From assembly GCA_950097015.1 (NCBI GenBank), contig CATNEN010000003.1, positions 62,001 to 126,000 on the forward strand: a stretch of 64,000 nucleotides of DNA. Reading direction: 5' to 3'. The DNA comes from Macrostomum hystrix. Its lineage: Eukaryota; Animalia; Platyhelminthes. This document shows positions 14,236 to 25,600 of this stretch, in pieces (within the stretch, counting starts at the first letter, position 1; each line of letters opens with the position of its first letter). A program made the translations under genes and the position numbers. The notes under the pieces were generated by a model. The model searched no databases and was not told the origin of the DNA. It was given only the letters and a program-made list of their open reading frames with translations.

Positions 14236-16873
14236 TTAATTGGCATTCTGTGGTTAGAAAGTCTGAGGCTGCGTTTAATGGTCCGAGGCGAGCGAAGCGA
14301 GCCGAGGACTATTGAGCGTGGCCGAGGACTTTTTAACCATAGACTGCAAATTGAGCAGCCACTATTTTACATGAAATTCGATTTGGTTTGGCGCCCATTA
14401 TATGGTTTAATGGGCCCCGTTTTCGGGACCATTATATGGCACACTGGTTCAAGACTTCGCATTTCCAACCATAGACGATAGATTCGTGGCTCAGAATGCG
14501 CCCATTAAACGTCCATTAACGACGAAATCGGATTTTATATTGTCTGAGAACTCCGAGCCAAGCCAATGAGACTTCAATTGGAATAGAGTAATATAGACCC
14601 TGAGCTGCTAGACTACCTATGTGGTCCAGGCATTTGCGATTGCGAATGTGCTGAGTGTATTTCGGTAAAATATAGTTTAGCTTAATAAGTTAGACTGTTC
14701 TGTGAATTAGTCCTATATGTCTATGTCATAATGTCCTACTCCTACATTGTACTCGTAATATTTCTGCACGAGTTTGCGTGTAGGAATATAATTGTCTTTT
14801 GACCATAGACAAAGTCATTCCTGCACGGTTTTCGAGAAACGATAAGAAGAGATGAAAATTGAGGGGAGAGTTTATAGAAAAGTTTATAAAGCTTATTGAC
14901 TATGGCGTCTGTAATCGACTCGGCTCTAAATCCTCCATTAATTGATTTTCGCTACGTTACGGTGTCTGGATTAAGTGGCGACGAAATGTTTATTGAAAGT
15001 GTGTCCAGCAACTTTGAGAGGACGGGCGACGATTTGACTTCATTGATAGCGGATTGCACGTTCAGCGAGGAATTAGAGAAACTTTTCAGCTCGGATCCGG
15101 AAACCTTGTGTAACCTTGACGAATTGGAAAGTCTGGCCGCTCAACTGGAACGCGACAACGAATGTCACTCGACTGTCTCTAAGGAGAAAGCTGTGATCAA
15201 CCGCTTGACGGCCTGGTTGGTGGAGAATAATTTAAAAGTGGATTACGCGACTGCTTCGGTGGAAGAAATTTCCAAATGGATCCGCTACTTCTATGCGACT
15301 CGGCGTAAGTCAGACGGCAGCTTCTATTCGCCGAATACTATTGTCGGAATTCGAGCCGCACTGTTCAGGTACTTTATGAAAATACGTGGCCTCAACATCA
15401 TCGCTCACGGGGCTTTTCATAGCGCGAATTTGATGGTGAAGAATGTTTGCAATGCGTATTTGAAGTCCGGTGGTCGAGTGCAGCATTACGAAGCCATTGA
15501 GTCGGACGACCTTGTCAAGCTTGCTTCTTACTTCGACAGAAGCACTCCAACACGTTTGCAAGAAGAGGTGTACTTCAATGTGTTATTTTATTTCGGCAAT
15601 CGCGGCAGAGAATGGCTACGAGGTCTCACTGTTCGTTCATTCCGAGAGAAGGCCCTATCAAACGGAGCTATGGCGATCGAGTTGCAAGGCAGCACCTCAA
15701 AGAATGTAAAAGGCTCGAGTGACATGCGACTCTGCGACGACAATAAACAGGCCTTGATGGTGGCCAAGCCGGAGTCAAGGCACTGTCCAGTTCAGGCCTT
15801 ACAGCTTTATTTGTCGAAAATTACTGCCGTGCCGGGTTGGAATCAGGAGGACTTCTTTCTGCGTCCGAAACCACGAGTGAATGCGGATGGCATCTGGTAC
15901 ACCAAAGTACCTGTTGGAATCAACACTTTGGGGCCGTTTCTCAAGAAGATCTCTTCGAATGCTAACCTGTCCAAGCTGTACACTCGGCATTGTGTGAGAC
16001 CTACAGTTGTTACGGAGCTGCATGAAGCTGGCTTTTCTGTCGAAAAAATTGCGAAGGTGACAGGTCACAAGGTTAGCAACTCTTTATTAGTAAGTTTATT
16101 GACACATGGCCAAGGAATTTATTAAACACCACCTCTATTCACAGAATAGCGCGTTGGTAGAACGTTACATCCGGAGAGGCAAGAAGAGGGACTCGATCAT
16201 GGCAGGGATGAGTGATCAGCTGACAGTCGCTCTAGCTGGAACTATGCCGGCACCAAGTTCTACATTGAGCGAAGCTCCTGCAAGGGCTGTTACAACTACC
16301 GACCCGTGCGCCCTGAGCGACGCTCCTAAAAGGGCTGTTGCGACTACCGACCCGTACGGATCAGCGTCAATGTCAACTGTCAAGAAGTCACTGGTTGTTG
16401 AAGAATCGACCACCACACTTGTAGCAGCCCCCGCTAAGCGGATGAAGATTTTGGCAAACGGCGAAACGAATGTTGTGCAGTTTATTTTCGAGTAAATGCC
16501 GAGAGGGGTAGTGATTAGGTCTATAGACTCATTAACTGTTTCCTTAGTTCCACTTATTATTTTTTTTGTTGTTCCATATTGTTATTGATTACTTATTCAG
16601 TTGCTTCTAAAAATAAATTGTTAAATCGTGCAGGAATGAAGTCATTCCTGCACGATAAGCTAACGTATGTCAAGTGAGTTTCTACCATAGACACAGACAT
16701 TCCTGCGCGATAATAAATCGAAAAAAGCATTCCTGCACGCTGTGGTCAAACGACAATGCATGCACATGTATCGTTTTTACTTGTAGGCCTAGTTGGGATT
16801 GAGTGAGCCAGTAATGGCCAAGAGGAAGCCGAGCGTAAGCGAGCGATTACGCTCATTACGTAATCAATTAATT
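14236..16873 (+). mobile_element. Crypton-type tyrosine-recombinase DNA transposon (copy 1)
   Basis: Single YR gene, no RT and no long TIR; TTAATT at both proposed ends (14236-14241 and 16868-16873); terminal hairpin and repeated motifs. Boundaries inferred. Confidence 0.75.
14902..16495 (+). CDS. Tyrosine recombinase (Crypton/DUF3504-like), exons 14902-16071 and 16145-16495
   Basis: RKSDGSFYSPNTI..IRAALFRY, FGNRGRE (R), TSKN (K), CPV, WY.KVPVGINTL, HCVR (HxxR), TGHK; a 73-nt GT-AG intron 16072-16144 joins GHK to NSALVERY, supplying the catalytic Tyr in frame. Confidence 0.9.
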
Positions 16874-17983
16874 ACGGTGATTACGGATGCGATATCTCAT
16901 CTTCATAAGATGTAACCAACGTGTCGGGATAGGAAAGCACGTTTTTCAACTTTTAACCATTGCCGCTTTTGCCCAGCTGAACCGATTTGGAAGCGGTTTT
17001 TTGCGAAACATGTAAAATACTTGGGTCTATGTACTGAAGTTAAAAGCGTTGCCATGGCAACCGAAAACATACTTTTTTGGACAGGACAAAAATTGGTCTC
17101 TCGGCGCTTATTTTGGCATTTTATGGTGTCGCCACGTGACTCTATCCAGTCGATGCGGGCTATAGAAGCCTACAATGATTTGATATGGACTTTTTCTTGC
17201 TGACCCATCTTCTGGGTCGAAGGGTAAAAAAAGGGTTTTTGAGGTTGAAAAAATGTGCATGTTTTTTTACTTTGACTTGCTGGGTCGTAACCCCAACACA
17301 TGGGCCTACTTGATGGTGATGAAACTTTTTGACTGTGTACTTTTGTGATTGAAAAAATGTGCACTTTTAAAGTACTTTTAGTACAGGGTGCACTTTGGAC
17401 GCCTCTATGGTACAGACATGTGACTTGAATTGCATTTCAACACATTTCCACCAACTTTCTTGGGTTTCGCCTATACGACAATGTTGGTTTCAGACTGATT
17501 GGATGTTGTTTACCGAAGATGTGGGTAATTAAATCCCAAAAACGTGATTTTGGTCATTTTTAGTCATTTTTCGAGGTACAAAACTGCATGGCCAGAGCGT
17601 ATTTGGTGTGCGATTTGAATTCGGCTTCAGTTTTTAGAAGCGCAACAAATGTGCGCACAAAATGTATATTTTGAATTTTCTAAGCATCCACTTGCCCCGA
17701 AGGTGGATGCGAAAATCCCAAATTTTGACCCCCCCGGGGAGCTAAAACATGCAGAACGGGATCAGTCATAACTTTTGATTGCTGCATCCGTTGGTGTTGC
17801 GCTTAGCGTTGCTGAATTGCAATTAGGACCCTCTTTAATTTGATACTAGACTCGTGAACACACATTCAGTAGTTGGCCATCTGTACTAAAACATGTACCT
17901 GTACAGGTGTACGTGTGAGAGAAAAAGTTTGCCATTTCTGCCTCTACGATAGTGAACTTTGTCGCATTGAGCTCAAAATGGTG

Positions 17984-18590
17984 TCAATAGACGCATGTGG
18001 ATGTTTGAAAGAGAATGACATGTCAACTTAGAGTCAGCGTCACATTCAAGATGCTAAATCTTGATTTGCAGTTGGAAAACGTGTTGTTTACGTAGAAAAT
18101 GAATAAATCATGCCAATTTTCGAACTTTAAAGGTAAATTTTGTAAAAACAGTCTTGCGAATTTTTTTATGTACAGAGACGAAATGTACCCAATACTATGC
18201 TGCATCGGATGAGCAGCTGCATTAGTGTTGGAAAATTCTATTTTTCGAAATGGAAGGCACATTGCAGCAATTTTGACACCCAGGGCCTATGCCAATTTCT
18301 CATAAGATTTACTCATAAGATTTTAGTAGTGCAATTTCTCGAATCAAGTTTGGTGTCGTTGGATAGCATTTAGAGCCTTCTTCAAAAGGACTGCATCCAT
18401 ACCTGCCTGTGAACATTGATTGAGCGTCAGTACACGATGCATTACTTTTAAGAGAAGCAGCATTTTCGAGTTTACTCTAATAAAAAGTTGTTCTTTGCCC
18501 CAATGTTTCAATAGATGCGTCTAGATGTTTCCAAGACAATGACATGTCACATGAAGCTGTGCATCACATTTCAGATGTACAGTATTGATT
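17984..18590. repeat. Diverged ~80-bp direct repeat within an unclassified non-coding element
   Basis: tcaataga.gc.t...gatgttt..aaga.aatgacatgtca..tcacatt..agatg at 17984 and 18508. Confidence 0.55.
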
Positions 18591-18963
18591 TGATGATTGA
18601 TGTATTGATTTTCATTTATAAAATAATAATTTTCATTTATGTGGATTTTTTCATCCACACAAATAATTGAGTGAAAAATGTGCTAAAATGGTTAAGTAAT
18701 CGCATGTAAGTTTCGCATATAAATTGTGTGCCCAGCATTGAAATGAATATGGTGCTTTATTCTTGGAAAGTTTAATTATCTGATGAAGTATGAATATGAA
18801 GTAAGCAGTAATTAATGAAAGATCATCCTGTTTTTTGCGATCAACTGTTTTGCATCACATAAAAATCGAAACCGAAATTTCATTAGTTGAAGCTTGACTT
18901 AGAATACACAGGCTACATCCTTCCATGCATTTGTCAGTGTTTGTTTGTGGGGACGAGATTTCT

Positions 18964-21900
18964 GGGGTCTACGAGGTTTGCCAGCCGGAAGGTTGCCAGC
19001 CGGAAGGTTGCCAGCCAGAAGTTTGCCAGCCGAGAAGTTTGCCAGCCAAGAGGTTTGCCAGCCAGAAGTTTGCCAGCCGAGAAGTTTGCCAGCCAAGAGG
19101 TTTGCCAGCCAGAAGTTTGCCAGCCGAAAGGTTTGCCAGTTTGTCCCATTCCCCCCATTATTCAAGAGTTTGACTCAACTCCCTCTCCCCTCCATTTAAC
19201 CGTTTCAGCGTTGATTACTTTCAGGTAGACAATCAGAAAAGCCAGACGTGACTAGTCAGAAAAACATTCTCCTTTCTATTTCCAGATCAGCTAGTTGCTC
19301 AAAAAAACTTCAAAGAGCCAGCCGAGTCCCCGAGCCCTTATTTCATATTGATTTCGTTTGAAAGAACGAAATAATGCTGCAGAAATATGTAACAGTAATT
19401 ATCTTCAGGAACTCAGAACCCCCACCCCTATCGTGAGTTCCCAAAAACAAAAAAGACAGAAAATTGTATTACACATTATTACAGACTCTTGTACAAAACA
19501 ATTATTACTGCTTTATTACTACGCTATTACACATGATGGCACGTGCAAAGAGTTGGAACTGTTTGAGGAAAAATGCAACTCAATACAGTAAAAAGAATTT
19601 GCAGTGCAACAGCGCAACAAAATGTTTCTGTGTAACTCAAGCCGGGAAAAACTGTATTACAAAAAGCAGCACCACAAAAAGGTAGTTAAGCATTCGCCAT
19701 CATCAGCTTCTGGGCAAAAGCGACTCTAAAAGTTGCTAGTGCTTACCTGTATTAAGTATAATTCATCCTTCTTTAATTACTTCGGAACTTTTAAAAGCAT
19801 TTTCATTATTAAGAGTGCTACCCAAGGCCAAGATAGTAAAAATCAAATATACTGAAATAAGGGACCGAACTGCAAATGTAAGAGAAACTGACAAAAACAG
19901 CAGCACCCTGAAAGTTTTAACTCGTCTAACTTGTGCCTCACAATTTGCAACGAATATGATTATAGAAAGATTATCCCCTGGTATTTTACCTGTAAAACAA
20001 TTATGTCACTATTTCACCGCAGCATTGACAGCTTGTCATTTGATAAACAATTGCCAGCTATTACTTGCTCAAGTGATGGGCGATGCCCCTCAGGAAGGAG
20101 CGCAACGGAAAGTCAGCTGGCAGTCCACCGTCATTCCAGCGTTGCGTGATGCGCAGGACCATCGCGTTGCTCTGCGCGTACTTCTGCCTCTCTTGTGGCA
20201 CTTCGCCCGCGGCAGCTCGCTGCATCAGAAGGCGCTGATGGTCTTGTTCCTTTTTGAGGCAGCTGAGTAGCCTGAAGACTTGCGGACTGCTGCACGCGAG
20301 CACGACTTGAAGCCTTCGATGCCAAGCTTCCACACAGTTGTTGGTCCGATGCCGACCATCAAGCGTGCGCTGACGGACGTTCCTGACGGCTAGTTCAAAC
20401 CTTGGTTGCCGCCTCTGGCCATTTGGAAGACGCCGACCAATCCATTGATCCTCAAAGTAATTCGCCACCGGCGTGAGCTGCTCTGCGAAACCAGGCATTA
20501 TTATCAGGTTGTCAAACGATGTGGCGACGGAGTCAATGGGCACAAATGCCAGAGCAGTGAGGCAGCGCATCCAGAGCGATGTTTCCCCATCGTCCTGCTC
20601 CAGCTGTTGCTTTAGGCCTTCAGATATGGCCTTGCGGTACACGCACTGCCCTAGGTGAAATAGACACCCAGACGCGACAATGTCAAAAACGTGCCTGATG
20701 GCGTTCATGTGCGCTCGCTCGAAGTCGGCCATCCACCTGATTGGCTGCATGTTTGGTGCAATATGGAAAAGCGTCTCGTAAAATCGCTGGTAAGTTTCTT
20801 GCGTCTTGTTAGGCAACAAGGCGTAAATAAGTGGGCAAACAAACCCATGCCGCTCAACGTGGACTGTCATCAACTGAGCAAACAAAGTCGGAGAAGCATC
20901 GAATGTTCCATCCGAGTAGAAATCACTTGCTTCTTGCAGAAAGCCGAGGCTTTCCTCGCAACCGAAAATCAGGATCCGATCCGCCGTAGGTCCAGAATCG
21001 TGGAGTAGAAACCGCTGTCAATTGTGCTGTTGAAAATCTTCAGGGAGAACCAGCTCAGCTCGACTGGTTGGTTGGATGGGCAAGCCCTGAACCACTTTAC
21101 AGGTAGATTGGACCATTTTCTTCAGCGTGGCTTGATTGGGAATGGCGACGGCTGAGGCCTCAGGGAGATATAGTATTCTCCATGATGATGGTTGTTGTTG
21201 GGTTATGAGTAGTAGCAGCGTCTCGCTTCATGCCGCGTATGGCTTCTAGAGCATGAAAACGAGCACCATCTGGCCCGTGATTGTGCTGATGCAGCTGCTC
21301 AACCTTCATGCCGTCGCGCACATGAATACGAACGGGGCACGAAATCGTGCCGGCCTTGCTCACATTGCCAGAAACTAAGGGCTGCGTCTAATTTGCTGAC
21401 CTTTTCGAAAACAAAGTAGTATCCTTCACATGCAAGTTTCGGTTTGCCTCGCTTTGTAGTGGTCGCGCGAACCGGTGTTTCGTCCATGATGTCTCTTTCT
21501 CTCAAAAGCAATGCCTTGCAAAGTCAGACGAAGCTACGAGTATATATTTCGTCCACACACCACACCGCCCACCCACCCCTAATCTCTTCACGTAGACAGC
21601 CCTAGCGAGTTTTATGACCCCGTGCAAACCAAAGCAACACAGCCCCCAGTTCAGTCTTTGTCTTAGCTTAGCCCAGCCCAGGGATCTAAATTTTGTCTCA
21701 CGTTCCCCTTACTGCGTCCTCATTGGCTGAACCATGGATGAAAGAGACAACCTGGATAGTCAAACCCCTCTCAATGTACACTTAATGCCCGTGCCCTGAG
21801 GCCTCCTTCCCGAACACCGTTCCCTCCCTCCCTCCCCAAGGGCCTACCACCTCCAACTATATTGAACTTTGGGCCATCTTTGGAACTGCCATAGCTTTGC

Positions 21901-22607
21901 TCCACATTGGCAGATTTCGTTCAAATTTCACACAATTATTTCCGAACTATTGATCTCTCTACCTGTAAAATTTGAATCGCTCAACTTAGTCAGAGCGGAT
22001 GCTGTGAGGGCCTAAAGATTGGCGGATTTTACACCCTCGGCCCAAGGCAGCGCAGCTGCATGAGTCATCCTGCATTGCCCACCCCCCAACGCAGGGGCTG
22101 TCTCAAGGACAGAAAGCTACCAGCCAATAGGAACTCTCCCAAGATGAACGCCTGGGCTGGTGGGCTGGGGGAAAGGTAGAAAGATAGCGAGGCTTGCCTT
22201 CCATTTACCTAACATTCTCACTCAATTCATTTTATTCTTCCTTATGCGAAGGAAGGCAATCATGTTGCAGTGCAGCATTGCAGTTGCAGTTGCAGTTGCG
22301 GCCACATTGCAAGTCGACAATGTCAACGCTATGACACAAATTCTCATTACGCTGCCTTACCTTCACATTTGAGACGCGTTAGCATAGCAACATGCTCCTG
22401 CTACTGTTACAGACGCTGCTGGCCATATGCAGTTGGAAGATATGCTTTGTGCCCTCCGTTCTGAATCACTGATTGTAGTGAGACCAAATTGTTGCTTGTG
22501 AGAGACATCCTGGACAACGTCATAGCAAACTGTCCAGCAGCTGGCAAACTTCTGGCTGGCAAACCTCTCGGCTGGCAACCTTCCGGCTGGCAAACCTCGT
22601 ACTCCCC
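18964..22607 (-). mobile_element. Mutator-like (MULE, Phantom-like) DNA transposon with repeat-built TIRs
   Basis: Ends GGGGtcTACGAGGTTTGCCAGCCGGAAGG and its inverse at ~22540-22607; subterminal 14-15-bp units (gaagtttgccagcc); transposase inside; no TSD found. Confidence 0.88.
20061..21488 (-). pseudogene. FLYWCH-MULE transposase, frameshifted
   Basis: KRGKPKLACEGYYF..FWQC..CPVRIH..HNH (FLYWCH); SDGTF..FAQLMTVH, YALLPNKTQETY, MADFERA, GCLFHLGQ, RTNNCVEAWH. Confidence 0.88.
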
Positions 22608-25600
22608 AAGGAAATTGAAACCGTGCTTACAAAATTTTATGGTGGCGAGTCTGACAGCTTCGAGGCCATAAACACATTCCACGCAAGGAAGCGCGGAGAG
22701 AACGAGACGCTACGCGAGCTGTGCTTTAACCTGAGGCTGCTTCATCAGAAGGCCAGGCCGAACGATTCAACACAGCAGTGAGATCGGGACGTGCGTTTCA
22801 AGCTTCTGCACCTGCTCAATCCTGACATCCGCGACAGCCTTTTAAAGGCAGAGGACGCGGAGACTTGCAGCCTGGAGTCTATGCTGCAGCGGGCAGCCCG
22901 ACTGGAAGGTCTGGTAGGGCGACCATCAGTTACAGCAGTCAAGGCTGTTGGCGCCACTACTACGGAAATTCATGCGACATCTGACCGCCTCGATCGGCTG
23001 GAGCGGTGCATGGAGGAGCTCATCGCCAGGGTCAGCGTGCAGCCAGGCAGCGATCCTCGGCGACGCCGGCGGCAACGAGCAGGCGCCTGCTTCAGCTGCG
23101 GTCAGCCCGGGCACCTGGCAGCTCATTGTCGCCAGCGCGAGAAGAAGCTGGGCCCAATCATCTGTCACAACTGCTCAGGGAAGGGGCACAAAGCCTCCGT
23201 CTGCCCATCCAAGGCACAGGGAAACTTCTAAGGGTTGGTGCGACGGGTGCGGGACCCACACCAACCCACAGGAGCAATCCCGTTCTGCATGCTATTTTTA
23301 TTCCTGGCCTAGCGAATGGCATGCCGTGCCGGTGGCTGCTGGACACCGGAGCGCAGACATCTCTTATCAGCGACATCGCTGTGAGATCGCTTGGGGTCAG
23401 CAACGACCTGAAACCAGCAGAGGTTAGACCGGTATCGGTGGATGGCACCACCCTCGAGCTGCTGGGCAGTACAAGCCTGTCGGTGCGACTGGGCAAGCAG
23501 CTGACCAGCCATCTCGAAGTGCTGGTGGTGAAAGGAATTCGGCCTGACTTCATCCTTGGAATGGACTTCATCAGCAGGATGGCTTCATCGCAATTTAGCA
23601 TCGACCAGAAGGCCCAGTCGGTTACCTTTGACAAGGCTTCCGTCCCGTTCAACAGCACCGAGTCTGAACGAGGAGTGTCGTCCTGCTGCATGGTTCCCAC
23701 GGTGCTCATCGCCCGAGTTCAAGACGCTGTTGTCGTGCCGCCGAGAGCGACGAAGGTTGTCAAGGTGGCAATCGAAACAAAGCAGGCCCAGGGCATTTTC
23801 GAACCTTCCCAGGAGTTCGTTGACAAAACTGGAGTGCTTCCCTGCCGAGTGTTCGCAGTGTCTTCGAACGATGGAAGAATCCCAGTGCGGGTGTGCAACC
23901 TGGGATGCACTCCAGTCACGCTGTACTCCAACCAGAACATCGAAACCTTCGAGAGCGCCGATATCGTCGAGGAGGACGATGACTTGCACGACTGGCGAGG
24001 CCCTGCGGACCAATTCAACATCAACCCGGATCTGCCAGCAGTCGACGGCGACCGACTAAAGGCTCTGCTGGCACAGTTCGCCGATGTGGTCTCGGCACAC
24101 GAATTCGACGTAGGGACGAGTGGCGCTGCACAACACAAGATCGAGCTGGAAGACTGCGCACATCCGATTCGTCAGCGATCCCGTCGTGTGCCGCACGCCT
24201 TTAGGAAGCAAGTGGACGAGAAGCTTGCTCAAATGCAAAAACATGGCGTCATCGAGCCGTCTTCAAGCCCATGGGCCAGCAATCTCATGATCGTCAGGAA
24301 GAAGAACAATGACATCCGAGTCTGCGTAGACTGGCGAGCGCTAAACAGCCTCACTGTCAAGGATGCTCACCCGCTGCCGCACTTGCACCAGGCACTCGAC
24401 TCCCTGGCTGGATGCACCTGGTTTTCTACCATCGACATGCGCCAAGGCTTCCTCCAGGTGGAAGTCAGGGAGGAGGACCGGCCGTTAACTGCTTTCTACA
24501 CTCCGAGCGGCTTGATGCAGTTCAGGAAAATGGGATTTGGCATGTGTAATGCGCCAACAACCTATCAGCGCATGATGGAACTCATTATGACAGGGCTCAG
24601 CTGGGAGGAGGTCATCGCCTATATCATAATCTTCAACAAGGACTTCGGGAGTCATCTCCAGTCGTTGTCCAATGTTCTTCAGCGTCTATGATCCGCCAAA
24701 CTGAAGCTGAACCCTGGCAAGAGCTTCTTCGCCTATCGGAAGGTCACCTACCTGGGCCACGAGGTTTCCGAGAGCGGCATCGCACCGTCGGCAGAGAAGG
24801 TCAAGGCGATTGGACAGATGCCAGACCCGCGGTCGGACCAGGACGTCCGGTGCATCCTCGGCATGCTGAGCTTCTATCGCCGGTTTATTTGTGACCAACT
24901 TCTCCGACATCGCCCAGGCTCCCGTGCTCCAGCTGCCAGACTTCAATCGACCCGTTACCATCAGCTGTGACAGCAGTGCCGTTGCTTTGGGTGCGGTGCT
25001 CAGCCAGGAGCGAGACGGCGAGGATCTGCCGGTGGCCTATGCCTCCAGAACGCTGAGCAAGGCCGAGCGCAACTACAGCACCACGGACCGAGAGCTCCTG
25101 GCCGTGGTATGGAGTCTCAAGCAGTTTCGAATGTACCTGAGTAATAGCCGCCGTATCCAGGTGTACACCGACCACAAGCCGATCATCGGGCTGCTGAACA
25201 CCTGTGGACGGTTGGCGCGCTGGCTGCAGCTCATCTAGGAGTTTCCGCTGGAGATCCTTTACCGACCTGGCAAGGAGAACATCGTGCCGGACGCTCTCAG
25301 CCGAGCAGCCGCGGTACTGCAATTTAAGACCGCCAACCTGCCGGAAGAGCAAGGCCTGGACCAGATTCTACACGCGGCCCGTCAGGCGATGCTACAGCCC
25401 GACTTCCAGGTCCCTGCTGCTGTGAGTTCGGCGGTTCACAGACTGATGCCTGGCCAGTCGATGTCACCGGCCGGCGCGCTGCTTCACAACGGGCTGCCAG
25501 TGATTCCTCAGCACATGCGTGCGGAGCTGCTGCAACAGGCGCATGACCTGCCTAGCGCCGGGCATCTCGGACAACGTCGAGTTCTGCGAGCGCTGCAAGC

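Noticed and set aside
14896-16125. Bacterial or phage integrase, integron, or contamination
   Set aside because: Needs a spliceosomal intron, has Crypton/DUF3504-type motifs, and has no cassette array
18887-19228. Repetitive ORFs or a CRISPR-like array
   Set aside because: Contiguous 14-15-bp TIR subrepeats with no unique spacers and no cas genes; eukaryotic context
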